The translations under genes and the position numbers were made by a program. A stretch of 64,000 bases of DNA from Kiritimatiellia bacterium (lineage in GTDB: Bacteria; Verrucomicrobiota; Kiritimatiellia; RFP12; UBA1067), in NCBI GenBank assembly GCA_045595285.1, contig JAZOAC010000027.1:601-64600 (forward strand), written 5' to 3'. Shown piece after piece: positions 28,967 to 38,847 of this stretch; position 1 is the first letter of the stretch; every line of letters begins with the position of its first letter. The notes under the pieces are model-generated. The model worked only from the letters and a program-made list of their open reading frames with translations. It searched no databases and was not told the DNA's origin.

Positions 28967-29797
28967 ATGACGAAAAATGCGTTCTTGGTTCTTCCTCTGC
29001 TCATGTCCCTTGCCGCTTTTGCGGCGCCGCCGCAGAGCGAGATATCCGTGAAGCTCATCCCAGACCGGCGCGAGTACGTGGTGGGTGAACGGCTCCGCGC
29101 AGTTGTCGACATCGCGAATTCCAGCGCCGATTCGATCGATGTCGGGAAGCCGGGTTCCGCCGACACGTTTCGCATAGAGGTCTTCCGCGCACGGGACATG
29201 GCAAGCCGTGACAGGGTCGGCGACAAGCCGTTGGTCGCGCCGTTCCTTCTGCACTCGTCCGAGGGACAGAAACTCGAGACGTTCATCGGCGACCATTTCC
29301 CGCTGCATGATCCGGTCCGCTATCTTGCGCGCGCCGTTCTGGTTCATGCCGGTTCGCGTTACGAATCCTCACTTGTCAGTTTTGACGTTGTACCGGGAAT
29401 GACAGTCGGAAAGGCGATGCAGATGTTCAGGAACAACCCTGGACTCAAGCGCACCTTTGAGATTGTGTACTGGATGCGCGGCCAGCGCGAGCATCTTTTC
29501 CTCAAGGCGAGCGATGAGGGCGGAAGGGTATGGCGCACCACCGATCTGGGGGGGCTGCTCCGCATCACGGAGCCGAAGATATCGGTGATGCCGAATGGCG
29601 AAGTGATAGTGCTCCATCGCGCCACGCAGAGCCAGTTCATGCGAAGCGTGTTCTGGAGCCTTCCAGATGCCCTTGACTTCAGGAAGCAGGAGCCTATGGT
29701 CGATCCGGATGTCGCCGGCTCACAGCGCATGCGGGACCTTTACATGGAGTCCGGCGGCGTTACTCCCGTGAAGAAGTCCTGGTGGAAGTTCTGGTGA
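28967..29797 (+). CDS. Secreted hypothetical protein
   Basis: ATG at 28967 (MTKNAFLVLPLLMSLAAFAAPP signal peptide). The ORF tool start is a TTG at 28949 overlapping the MBL stop. No recognisable domain was found. Confidence 0.5.
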   Translation: MTKNAFLVLPLLMSLAAFAAPPQSEISVKLIPDRREYVVGERLRAVVDIANSSADSIDVGKPGSADTFRIEVFRARDMASRDRVGDKPLVAPFLLHSSEGQKLETFIGDHFPLHDPVRYLARAVLVHAGSRYESSLVSFDVVPGMTVGKAMQMFRNNPGLKRTFEIVYWMRGQREHLFLKASDEGGRVWRTTDLGGLLRITEPKISVMPNGEVIVLHRATQSQFMRSVFWSLPDALDFRKQEPMVDPDVAGSQRMRDLYMESGGVTPVKKSWWKFW

Positions 29798-29868
29798 ACC
29801 GTATATGACGTAGGTCGGCGCCATTTTTGCGCATTTCACATTCGACTTATGATACAATATGCGGCAAC

Positions 29869-30132
29869 ATGAACAGAGAAGAGATTGAAAACAAACTGAA
29901 GGAGATCGTGGTCACATCCCTCGATCTTGAGGATATCACGGTTGCCGATATTGAGACGGACGTTCCGCTTTTCGGCGAGGGGCTTGGACTGGACTCGATA
30001 GACGCGCTCGAGCTTGGAATGGCCGTCAAGAAGGAGTTCGGCATAACGTTCTCGTCAAATCCGGCCGACAACAAGCAGATATTCCGCTCTGTGAAGACGT
30101 TGGCGGATTACATCCAGAGCCAGGGCAAGTGA
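29869..30132 (+). CDS. Acyl carrier protein (orphan, non-FAS context)
   Basis: The 88-aa protein starts at MNREEIENKLKEIVV. The phosphopantetheine attachment motif GLGLDSIDALEL is present. Confidence 0.8.
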   Translation: MNREEIENKLKEIVVTSLDLEDITVADIETDVPLFGEGLGLDSIDALELGMAVKKEFGITFSSNPADNKQIFRSVKTLADYIQSQGK

Positions 30133-30155
30133 CGCGGAGATAGCGGTGGCGCTTT

Positions 30156-31415
30156 ATGCTTTGCGCGGTATTTGCCATCCTATTCGGGCTTTCGCTCCTT
30201 CCCGGGCGGAAGCCTTTGTGTCTGAGATTCGCGGAAAGGATATCGGAAGGGATACTTCCTGATGGTGCCGTCGGGTACTGCCGCCGTCTCACATGGGTGT
30301 GGTTCGCCCTGCTGGCATCGTGTTCGGCGTTTTCGCTGTCGGCGGCGGTGTGCGCCGGGAGGACTGGGCTTGTCGCATCTACGATTTTCACCTGCGCGCT
30401 GATTCCTCTGGCGTTCCTTGTTGAAGGTGCAGTCCGCCGTCGCAGGTTTTCGGTTGTCTTCCACACGAGCGGAAGCACATCCAAGCCGAAGGAGATCGTA
30501 AAGACGTTCGAGTCCCTTGCGAAAGAGGTCGCTTTCCACAGGAAAAGGCTTTCGATACCGGCGGGGACGCTTTTTCTTGCTACGATTGAGCCTCACCACA
30601 TGTACGGAAAGCTTTGGCGCGAACTTCTGCCTCCGGCGGCGAAGTGCAAAGTGGATCCGGATGTCATACTCGCGCCTGAACATCTGATCGCGAAGATGCG
30701 GTCTGCCGAAAAGGTCTTTTTCGTCACCACGCCGACGTTCCTCAAGCGGTTCTGCGCATATGCCGACCAGTATGAAGTGCCGCAGAACTGCGTCGAGATC
30801 GTCACGTCCGGCGCACTGCTGGATGCAGAGACGAGCGCGGCGGCAAAGCGGGTGTTCGGCATTGCCCCGCAGGAGATATTCGGTTCGACGGAGACGGGCG
30901 GAGTCGCATGGCGCAGGCAGGGCGGCGAAAATGCGGGTCCATACGACTGGACCGTGTTCGATTCCGTTGACGTGAGGGCCTCTGCGGACGGACGTCTGGT
31001 GGTGAACAGTCCGTTTTCCTTCCAGAAGGATTTTGTGATGGGGGATGGCGTCGAGATGTCTCCGGACGGCAGGCATTTCAAGCTGCTGGGGCGCAGGGAC
31101 CGTCTGGTCAAGATTGCGGAACAGCGGGTTTCTATGCCAGAGATGGAGGATCGGATCAGGAATCTGGATGGCATAGAGGATGTCGCGTTGACTGTCCTTG
31201 AGGGAGAGAAGGGGCCGTATCTTGGGGCGGTCATTGTGACTTCTGATGCAGGGTTCCACTCCCACGACGCAAAATCCGTGCTTGAGGTCAGGCGTCGTTT
31301 GACGCCGCTGTTTCCAAAAGGTACGGTGCCCAAGCGATACCGCTTTGTGACTGAACTTCCGCGCAATCCGCAGGGAAAGGTCACTACTACAGAATTGAGG
31401 GAACTTTTGGTATAA
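30156..31415 (+). CDS. Membrane-anchored, N-terminally minimal adenylate-forming enzyme (AMP-dependent ligase / acyl-ACP synthetase-like)
   Basis: Three or four N-terminal TM helices are present (aa 1-100). They are followed directly by motif A3 FHTSGSTSKPK, A5 FGSTETGG, A8 LGRRDRLVKIAEQRVSMPEME and A10 PRNPQGKVTTTELRE. The usual ~150-aa N-terminal subdomain of ANL enzymes is missing. The gene lies 23 bp downstream of the ACP gene. Confidence 0.75.
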   Translation: MLCAVFAILFGLSLLPGRKPLCLRFAERISEGILPDGAVGYCRRLTWVWFALLASCSAFSLSAAVCAGRTGLVASTIFTCALIPLAFLVEGAVRRRRFSVVFHTSGSTSKPKEIVKTFESLAKEVAFHRKRLSIPAGTLFLATIEPHHMYGKLWRELLPPAAKCKVDPDVILAPEHLIAKMRSAEKVFFVTTPTFLKRFCAYADQYEVPQNCVEIVTSGALLDAETSAAAKRVFGIAPQEIFGSTETGGVAWRRQGGENAGPYDWTVFDSVDVRASADGRLVVNSPFSFQKDFVMGDGVEMSPDGRHFKLLGRRDRLVKIAEQRVSMPEMEDRIRNLDGIEDVALTVLEGEKGPYLGAVIVTSDAGFHSHDAKSVLEVRRRLTPLFPKGTVPKRYRFVTELPRNPQGKVTTTELRELLV

Positions 31416-31464
31416 TGGTCGGGATTTTTCTCTTTAATCCAATCACAAGAAAGCGAGACACTTA

Positions 31465-32505
31465 ATGGCTATCAACAGAAGAGACTTCATCTCAACGGCT
31501 GCGAGCGCATTTGCGTTCAGCGGATGCGCCTCTGCGGCGAAAGCGGTAAAGAATCCGGAGCCGAAGTTCATCTGGTCCTACCTTGCGCATTTCGGTGTGA
31601 ATTCATGGCGCGACGTCCCGCTCGAGACGCAGGATCCGTCCATGCCGGAGAAGTGGCTTACGCGCTGCTGCGCGAACCATGTGCGTTTCGACGAGCCTTC
31701 CTGGCAGAGGATCTCCGCCGCCCTTGCGAAGGCCGGCTGCAACCAGATAGTCATAGACCTTGCGGAGATTGTCGAGTATCCCAGCCATCCTGAACTCGCG
31801 GTCAAGGGGTCCTGGAGCGTGGAGAAGCTCCGCAAGGAGCTCGCCCGTCTGCGCGGAATGGGTTTTGAGGTGATTCCCAAGCTCAACTTCTCCGCATGCC
31901 ACGACACGTGGCTCAAGGACTACCACCGGATGGTCTCCACCAAGAAGTATTATCAGGTGTGCGAGGATGTCATCAAAGATGTCGCCGAAATGTTTGACTA
32001 TCCCCGCTACTTCCATCTTGGGTATGACGAGGAGACGCCCGGCCACCAGAGCCGCCATCTTTTCGCCGTGTGCCGTCAGGGTGATCTTTGGTGGCATGAC
32101 TTCCTCTGGTTCGCGAAGGTCACGGAGAAGACCGGCTGCCGCCCATGGATCTGGAGCGACTACATCTGGAACCACAAGGACGAGTTCCTCAAGCGTATGC
32201 CTAAGAGTGTTTTGCAGTCCAACTGGTACTATGGTGCGAGTTTTGACACCTCAAAGATGAAGCGTCCGTATGTCGAGGCCTACGAATGGCTCGACAAGGC
32301 TGGATTTGACCAGGTTCCCACAGGCTCGAACTGGAGCTGCGACACCAACTTCTCCGGCACTGTCAAGTTCTGTGACGAGAAGTGCCGCAAGGAGCTCATC
32401 AAAGGGTACATGATGGCTCCGTGGACGCGCACATTCGCGATTCACGAAGAGAAGTCGATGCAGGCCATCGATCAGCTTGCCGCCGCAATAAAAGCTCGTC
32501 CCTGA
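31465..32505 (+). CDS. Tat-exported protein, glycosyl-hydrolase-like TIM-barrel fold (function unknown)
   Basis: Twin-arginine signal MAINRRDFISTAASAFAFSGCASA is present. Also noted: GFEVIPKLNFSACHDTWL and HLGYDEETPG, Trp-rich. Confidence 0.5.
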   Translation: MAINRRDFISTAASAFAFSGCASAAKAVKNPEPKFIWSYLAHFGVNSWRDVPLETQDPSMPEKWLTRCCANHVRFDEPSWQRISAALAKAGCNQIVIDLAEIVEYPSHPELAVKGSWSVEKLRKELARLRGMGFEVIPKLNFSACHDTWLKDYHRMVSTKKYYQVCEDVIKDVAEMFDYPRYFHLGYDEETPGHQSRHLFAVCRQGDLWWHDFLWFAKVTEKTGCRPWIWSDYIWNHKDEFLKRMPKSVLQSNWYYGASFDTSKMKRPYVEAYEWLDKAGFDQVPTGSNWSCDTNFSGTVKFCDEKCRKELIKGYMMAPWTRTFAIHEEKSMQAIDQLAAAIKARP

Positions 32506-32559
32506 TTGCGCAGATCCTATTGACCACAGTAAACCATCACCGATACATAATCAACTGAC

Positions 32560-34080
32560 ATGTCATTCAATCGTCGTTCATTTTTGAAAGGTTTTGCCTT
32601 GTCCGCCGCAGTTGCGACAGGCGGATGCAGGAGTTTTTTCATCGGCAAGTCCGCCAAGGTCGTTCCGCCGGGGCAGAAGGTCCGTCTCGGCATCATAGGG
32701 TCGGGCGGAAAGGGGATGTACGACTGGACGCATCTTTATGCCGACGGCGCGGAGATTGTCGCGTTCTGCGATGTCGATTCCTTGATGATTGACGCGGCTC
32801 TCGCGAAATTCCAGGAGCTTGGCGGGAATGTGTCCAAGGTTCGACGCTACTCCGACTGGCGCAAGATGCTTGAGCGCGAAGAGCGCAACATCGATGCGGT
32901 CACGGTGTCCACGCCAGACCACATGCACGCGGCCATCGCCGTCACGGCGATGAAGCTCGGCATCCATTGCTATGTGCAGAAACCGCTTGTCCGCACGCTT
33001 TGGGAAAACAAGGTGTTCGGAGAGGTCGCCCGTGAGAACGGAGTGGTGACCCAGATGGGCAGTCAAGGCTCATCCGGCAGCGGGCATCGCCGCAATGTGG
33101 AGCTTCTGCAGCAGGGTGTGATTGGCGACATCAAGGAGATCCATGTCTGGACGGATCGGCCGATATGGCCTCAGGGACATGCGGCAAAGAGCTTTACCAG
33201 GCTCGCGCCTTCCAGTGTGCCGTCCAACCTGAACTGGGATGCCTGGCTTGGCTGTGCGTACAAGCGTCCGTTCATCGGCGACAGACCGGATTCCTACGTG
33301 TTCGATTTCAAGAACAGGTATGCGGAGAATATCAAGGGGGTTTACCACAGGTTCAATTGGAGAGCCTTTTATGATTTTGGCACCGGCGCATTCGGCGACA
33401 TGGCGTGCCATACAATGAACCTTCCGTTCCGCGGAGCTGAGCTTGGCGTCCCGACGAAGGCTGAATGCAAGATGTCCGTCGAACCAAATGATACGGCCTA
33501 TCCACTGCGTTCAATCGTAGAGGTTACCTACGCACCTCGCGCAAGCCGTGTTCGAGTTGGACACGCCCTCCCCGAGACGAAGGTCATATGGTATGATGGC
33601 GATCACCAGCCATCGGCCGAAATCATGCCACAGGTCGTCAATACGCTCAAGGCCGTTCCCCGTACCGGATGCTACATCATCGGGACGAAAGGTGTCGTAT
33701 GCTCGCTCAGCGACTATGGCCAGACGGCTCTCATAGCCCTCAACGGCGAGGATCGGGTGCGCAGCACAACCAAGCATCCTGCATGCACCGCGCTCGGCAG
33801 CTACATTCCGAGGCGCAAGGAGAAGGGCGAGCTTGGGATATACGGAGAGTTCCTTGATGCAATAAAGGGCGAGACGCCCGTCATCGGTGAAACGCACTCA
33901 CGCTGTTACGCCGACATCGAGCATTCCATTCCCATGATGGAGGGTATGCTTGTCGGATGCATCGCCCAGCGCATTCCTGGCGTGCTTGAGTGGGACAGCG
34001 CAAACCAGGTGTTCCTGAATAGCAGGGAGGCCAACGATTTTGTCAAGCCTCACATCCGTTCCGGCTGGGAGTTTGTCTAA
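32560..34080 (+). CDS. Tat-signal Gfo/Idh/MocA family oxidoreductase
   Basis: Tat signal MSFNRRSFLKGFALSAAVATGGC is present. The Rossmann motif RLGIIGSGGKG is present, and the EVVAFCDVD..VSTPDHMHA pattern is typical of the family. Confidence 0.85.
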   Translation: MSFNRRSFLKGFALSAAVATGGCRSFFIGKSAKVVPPGQKVRLGIIGSGGKGMYDWTHLYADGAEIVAFCDVDSLMIDAALAKFQELGGNVSKVRRYSDWRKMLEREERNIDAVTVSTPDHMHAAIAVTAMKLGIHCYVQKPLVRTLWENKVFGEVARENGVVTQMGSQGSSGSGHRRNVELLQQGVIGDIKEIHVWTDRPIWPQGHAAKSFTRLAPSSVPSNLNWDAWLGCAYKRPFIGDRPDSYVFDFKNRYAENIKGVYHRFNWRAFYDFGTGAFGDMACHTMNLPFRGAELGVPTKAECKMSVEPNDTAYPLRSIVEVTYAPRASRVRVGHALPETKVIWYDGDHQPSAEIMPQVVNTLKAVPRTGCYIIGTKGVVCSLSDYGQTALIALNGEDRVRSTTKHPACTALGSYIPRRKEKGELGIYGEFLDAIKGETPVIGETHSRCYADIEHSIPMMEGMLVGCIAQRIPGVLEWDSANQVFLNSREANDFVKPHIRSGWEFV

Positions 34081-36039
34081 TTGCTTGATTTCAGAAACAT
34101 ATCCGTCCATTACGGGCATCAGAATGTCCTGACGGACGTTACGTTCCGCGTAAACAAAGGTGAGCGTGTCGGCATCGTCGGACCCAACGGCAGCGGCAAG
34201 TCCACACTCTTCAAGATTGTGCTTGATGAACTTTCGACCGATCATGGCGAGCTCATAATCGAAGGTTCGCCCACGATAGGTTCGACCCGACAGAATCCGG
34301 AGCCTGAATTCCCCGAGGAGACGCTTCTCCAGTATGCCGTGCGCGGAGTGCCCGGCTTCTGCGACCTGGAGGCCAAGATGAAGTCCCTGGAGTCGCGCAT
34401 GGACGCCGGCGAGGATGTGTTCAAGGAATACGGCGAGGTCCAGACGGCCTTTGAGCACATGGGCGGCTATGATCTCGAGACGCGCGTGAAGGTGGCGCTG
34501 GGCGGCCTCGGCTTCTCCGTCGAGGAGTTCGACAAGCCGTTCAGGTCGTTCTCCGGAGGATGGCGCATGCGCGCCGAGCTGTCGCGCGTGCTTGCCTCCA
34601 CTCCTGACCTGCTTCTTCTTGACGAACCCTCCAACTACCTCGATCTGCCCGCGGTCGAATGGCTGCAGAAATATCTCAAGCAGTATCAGGGTACGCTCAT
34701 GCTGATCTCGCATGACCGATATCTGCTGAAGACGCTCACCGACATAATCGTCGAGGTCGATGCCGAGACCGTCACGAGGTACGAAGGCGATCTCGACTGG
34801 TACCTGCGGGAACGTGAGGTCAGGTACGAACACCTGAAGGCGGCGAAGGAGAACCAGGATCACCACCGCGAACAGCTCCAGCGCTTTGTGGACCGCTTCC
34901 GCGCCACCGCGTCCAAGGCGGCGCAGGCGCAGAGCAGGCAGAAACTCATCGACAAGATAGACGAGGTCCGCATCGTCCTGCCGAAACGCTATACGCAGTC
35001 CGGCAGGCTCCGCCTTGCGGAGCCGCCGTCCAGCGGCATCGAGATGTTCCGGTGCGAGGATCTCACGTTCTCCTATGACGGCGTGAAGAACATTCTGCAC
35101 GATGTTTCTTTCAACATCACCCGCGGCGACAAGGTGGCCCTCATCGGCTACAACGGTCTCGGCAAGACCACGCTAATGCGCATCATCGCCGGCACCCGCC
35201 AGCCCACGGGCGGCAAGGCCGTGCTTGGGCACAATGTTGTCCCCGGATACCTTTCGCAGGAGTTTGCGGAGACGATACCTCCGGACGTCTCCGTGTACAG
35301 AAACGCAAAGAACGCATGGGATGCGCACGGCGGCGGACCGGAGAAGCAGTTCCGCAACCAGCTTGGCGCGTTCGGCTTCGACGAAAACGACATCGAGAAG
35401 CCGGCCGGCGTCCTTTCCGGCGGCGAAAAGATACGTCTTGCGTTCCTGCGCCTTTTCCTCACCGCCCCCAATTTCCTCCTTCTCGACGAGCCTACGACCC
35501 ATCTTGACCTTGACGGACGCCGTCTTCTTCAGGATGCGCTCAAGAAATACTCCGGCACGATACTCATCGTTTCGCACGATATCGAATTCGTCCGCGAGGT
35601 GGCGACATCGGTACTGGAGATAACGCGTGAAGGGGTGCGGTCCTTCCCCGGCGGCTACGACTACTATTGCGAGAAGAAATCGCAGATGGCTGCGCAGTCC
35701 GGCGGTGTACGTTCGGCGTCCGCCCATGACGGTTCGCGTTCGCCTGACGCATCCTCCGCGCCGACGGCCAAGGAACTTCGCCAGCAGCGTGCCGCAGAGC
35801 GCGCGAAGAACGCGCCCCGCATAAAGGAGCTCAGGAGAAAGGTCGAAACCGCCGAGCGGAAGATCGATGAACTCCAGCAGAGTCTCGACACCGCTTCCGA
35901 AGAACTGTTCAACCCGAGGCCCACGACGAATTTCGAGGAGCTGAACAGAACGGTGCGCACGCTCCAGTTCGAGATCGACCGCTATACGGCGGAATGGGAA
36001 GAGGCTGCGACCGAGCTGGAGAGCCTTTCGCAGTCCTGA
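34081..36039 (+). CDS. ABC-F family ATPase (Uup/EttA-like, two ABC cassettes + C-terminal coiled coil)
   Basis: Two Walker A sites (GPNGSGKST, GYNGLGKTT), two LSGG signatures (FSGGWRMR, LSGGEKIRL) and a Uup-like C-terminal coiled coil are present. There are no TM domains. The start is a TTG immediately after the upstream stop. Confidence 0.85.
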   Translation: MLDFRNISVHYGHQNVLTDVTFRVNKGERVGIVGPNGSGKSTLFKIVLDELSTDHGELIIEGSPTIGSTRQNPEPEFPEETLLQYAVRGVPGFCDLEAKMKSLESRMDAGEDVFKEYGEVQTAFEHMGGYDLETRVKVALGGLGFSVEEFDKPFRSFSGGWRMRAELSRVLASTPDLLLLDEPSNYLDLPAVEWLQKYLKQYQGTLMLISHDRYLLKTLTDIIVEVDAETVTRYEGDLDWYLREREVRYEHLKAAKENQDHHREQLQRFVDRFRATASKAAQAQSRQKLIDKIDEVRIVLPKRYTQSGRLRLAEPPSSGIEMFRCEDLTFSYDGVKNILHDVSFNITRGDKVALIGYNGLGKTTLMRIIAGTRQPTGGKAVLGHNVVPGYLSQEFAETIPPDVSVYRNAKNAWDAHGGGPEKQFRNQLGAFGFDENDIEKPAGVLSGGEKIRLAFLRLFLTAPNFLLLDEPTTHLDLDGRRLLQDALKKYSGTILIVSHDIEFVREVATSVLEITREGVRSFPGGYDYYCEKKSQMAAQSGGVRSASAHDGSRSPDASSAPTAKELRQQRAAERAKNAPRIKELRRKVETAERKIDELQQSLDTASEELFNPRPTTNFEELNRTVRTLQFEIDRYTAEWEEAATELESLSQS

Positions 36040-36057
36040 TTGATTCCTTGTCCAGTC

Positions 36058-38433
36058 ATGGGAATTGGTTCCTTACATATGGTTCAGACCTTCCAGTGCG
36101 AGAACAGACCGAAACCGATCCTGGTCGAGCGGAACGGGAAGTTCTACGCCAGATGGACGCGTGACGACGAAGTCATGCGTTCGCGCAACCGCAGCATTCT
36201 GGAGCGGCTTGACCGGATATGTTCAGTGGACGATGCATTTCTTGATGTGTTGCGTTCAGACGACGCGGAGGTGAAATGGGCATCCAGAGAAGATCTCGTG
36301 GATCTAGGGCGGCGAATTGCGGCATGGCAGGTTGATTCCGCGCCGGGTCCGTCGGAATGCACAAAGGTCAGGTTCCGTATTTCCGTGCCAGAGGGCAAAC
36401 AGGGCGGCCGGCGCAGGCATGATCTGCCGGAGAGTCAGCCCTGGCGGCTTGAAGCGGTTCTGCCGCCGGATGACCGCGCCGCGCTCAGGGCACTTGGCTT
36501 CGCCTGCCGCGCATACGCTCCGTTGCGCGGCATGGTCGGCCGGTCGATGGAGCTGGAGCAGTCTGAGGCGGAGACGTTTCTCCGGATTGGCGTACCCGCT
36601 CTCAAGGAGGCCGGATATGTGGTGGAGATGCCGGAAGGACTCGACGCAGGGATATCCGCTGAGGCGGAGATGGTTCCGGACGGGAAATCTCCCGGCAAGG
36701 CCTCGGCCAAAACGGTAAAGGCGAAGATCACGGTCCGGGTGGCCGGAGAGAAGGTGTCGCGTGCGGACATCGCCTTTCTGCTGGATCAGGGCTCCAGCAT
36801 CGTGTTCTTCCGCGGACGCTGGATAGAGGTTGACCGCGGCATCCTGAAAAACGCTCTGAAGGTGCTCGATGCCCACGGCAGGAAAATGTCGGAGCGGGAG
36901 GCGATGTCCTTCGCGCTTGGGTTCCGCAGGGCGCGCGGGCTTGCGGCCACGCGCGTGAAGGGCACGGGCTGGCTGGGCAGGATCCTGGACGAACTGAAGT
37001 CCGGCGGCAGTTTCAAGGTGCTGTCCCGTCCCAAGGGATTCAAGGGTTCGCTCCGGGATTATCAGCAGAGGGGCTATTCGTGGCTGAAGCACCTTACGGA
37101 CAGGGGGTTCGGCGCACTTTTGGCGGATGACATGGGTCTGGGGAAGACGATCCAGACGATTGCCTGGCTCATGAAGCGCCGTGAGGCGTCGGGTGGCAGA
37201 CACGCGCTCATCGTCGCGCCCGTCAGCGTCACCATGAACTGGATGCGGGAATTCGCGAAGTTCGCGCCGTCGATGAAGGTGATGATGCATCAGGGGAAGG
37301 GGCGTCTTGCCGGAAGTTCGTTCCTGAGGGCGGCAAAGGGATATGACGTCGTGATCACCGGATATCCGCTTTTCGTGAAGGATTTCAGGATTCTTGCCGA
37401 TGCCGGATTTGATGCGCTTGTGCTGGACGAGGCGCAGATGATAAAGAACCCCGATACGCGGGTGTCGCAGACGGCTCGGGCGTTTCCGTGCGTTGACAGG
37501 GTGGCGCTCACCGGTACGCCGTTCGAGAACCGAGTTATCGACATCTGGAGCATCGAGGAGTTCCTGAATGCGGGTCTTCTAGGGCCGAGGGGCGAGTTCG
37601 TAGAGGACTTCGAGCGTCCGATCCGCGAGGGAGGAGCCGCGCCGGCGATGGCCGAGCTGAAGAAGGCTCTCGCTCCATTTCTGCTTCGCCGGCTAAAGAA
37701 CGATCCCGATATCGCCGCAGAGCTCGGCGACAAGCGGGAGGTCCGTGAATATTGCGTGCTGTCGCCAAGGCAGAGGGCGGCATACGAAGTTGCGCTTGCA
37801 CGCTACGCGAACGCGCCTCGCGAGGAACGCGGTTCGAAGGGGCAGGCTCTTGCGCTTCTTACTGAGCTCAAGCTCATATGCGACGGACTTGGCGGCGACG
37901 GGGATGTGTATGGCGGCAAGGTGGAGCGTCTTCTTGAGCTTCTGGAGAGCATTTTCGACGCCGGAGAGTCCGCGCTGGTGTTCACCCAGTACGTGAAGGT
38001 CGCCGAAAGGCTCAAGTCTCTCATCGAAAAGAAGTTCTCCCGAAAGGTGCTCTTCCTACACGGGGGACAGACCCCGGCCGTGCGCGATGCGCAGATCGCC
38101 GCCTTCAATGCATCCGAGACGCCCACGGCGTTTGTCCTGTCGCTGAAGGCGGGCGGTTTCGGCCTGAACCTCACGAAGGCCACGCATGTCATACACTACG
38201 ACCGCTGGTGGAACCCTGCCGTCGAGAACCAGGCTACCGACCGGGCCCACCGCATCGGGCAGACCCGCACCGTGTTTGTGCACCTTTTCATCTCGCACGG
38301 CACGCTTGAGGACCGGATTGACCGGATTCTTGAGGAAAAGCGCACGATTGCCGGCGAACTTGTCGTCTCGGGGGAGAGTTTCCTGTTGAAGATGAGTGAC
38401 AGGGAGTTCGCCAAGACCGTCGCCTTGGACTGA
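36058..38433 (+). CDS. SNF2-family helicase with ~330-aa bacterial SNF2-associated N-terminal domain
   Basis: Motifs LADDMGLGKT (motif I) and LDEAQMIKN (DEAQ box) are present. The helicase C domain carries ATDRAHRIGQ (motif VI). Start is the ATG at 36058 (the ORF tool gives a TTG at 36040). Confidence 0.85.
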   Translation: MGIGSLHMVQTFQCENRPKPILVERNGKFYARWTRDDEVMRSRNRSILERLDRICSVDDAFLDVLRSDDAEVKWASREDLVDLGRRIAAWQVDSAPGPSECTKVRFRISVPEGKQGGRRRHDLPESQPWRLEAVLPPDDRAALRALGFACRAYAPLRGMVGRSMELEQSEAETFLRIGVPALKEAGYVVEMPEGLDAGISAEAEMVPDGKSPGKASAKTVKAKITVRVAGEKVSRADIAFLLDQGSSIVFFRGRWIEVDRGILKNALKVLDAHGRKMSEREAMSFALGFRRARGLAATRVKGTGWLGRILDELKSGGSFKVLSRPKGFKGSLRDYQQRGYSWLKHLTDRGFGALLADDMGLGKTIQTIAWLMKRREASGGRHALIVAPVSVTMNWMREFAKFAPSMKVMMHQGKGRLAGSSFLRAAKGYDVVITGYPLFVKDFRILADAGFDALVLDEAQMIKNPDTRVSQTARAFPCVDRVALTGTPFENRVIDIWSIEEFLNAGLLGPRGEFVEDFERPIREGGAAPAMAELKKALAPFLLRRLKNDPDIAAELGDKREVREYCVLSPRQRAAYEVALARYANAPREERGSKGQALALLTELKLICDGLGGDGDVYGGKVERLLELLESIFDAGESALVFTQYVKVAERLKSLIEKKFSRKVLFLHGGQTPAVRDAQIAAFNASETPTAFVLSLKAGGFGLNLTKATHVIHYDRWWNPAVENQATDRAHRIGQTRTVFVHLFISHGTLEDRIDRILEEKRTIAGELVVSGESFLLKMSDREFAKTVALD

Positions 38434-38607
38434 CCTTTTCGATTTGGACGGGCTCGGCTTCCAGTCTCGTGAACCGTTACCTGTGTCTTTTCTCATGCAT
38501 TCGTCCTGTCAGGATATCCATGTGGTTGATGGTTCCGGGATGATGGAAGGGCTGGATGTACAGCTACAATTCCTTCCATCTTGAAATCAAACAACCAAGG
38601 AGTACTG

Positions 38608-38847
38608 ATGAAGACAACACCATCGATTAGGATGATCACCGAGGAGTATCCCAAAATCGCGTCCGTTGAAAGAATGCTGATATTGAGTGATTTTCCGCAG
38701 ACAAAGAGGGCTGATCGCGCCGCATTCCGCCGCAATTGCCTTGAAATGAACGACCTTGCCGCCGAGGAGCGCGGGCCCATGAATCCGATTGCTCTTCTCA
38801 TGCTCGCCGACCTTGTCGCACTCGCTCTTTGCCGCCATCGTACGTAA
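38608..38847 (+). CDS. Small hypothetical protein (79 aa)
   Basis: RBS AAGGAG precedes the ATG at 38608. No known motif was found. Coding status is uncertain. Confidence 0.3.
   Translation: MKTTPSIRMITEEYPKIASVERMLILSDFPQTKRADRAAFRRNCLEMNDLAAEERGPMNPIALLMLADLVALALCRHRT

Noticed and set aside
30180-31384. Minus-strand ORFs (361 aa and 263 aa) antisense to the ACP-ligase region
   Set aside because: Shadow ORFs. The + strand carries complete ANL motifs A3/A5/A8/A10 in order.
36040-38433. SNF2 helicase as the core of a DISARM/defence system
   Set aside because: No DrmA/B/C, methyltransferase, nuclease or other defence partners lie within 10 kb. The flanking genes are housekeeping-like (ABC-F, ispD). 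Kept only as a low-interest finding.
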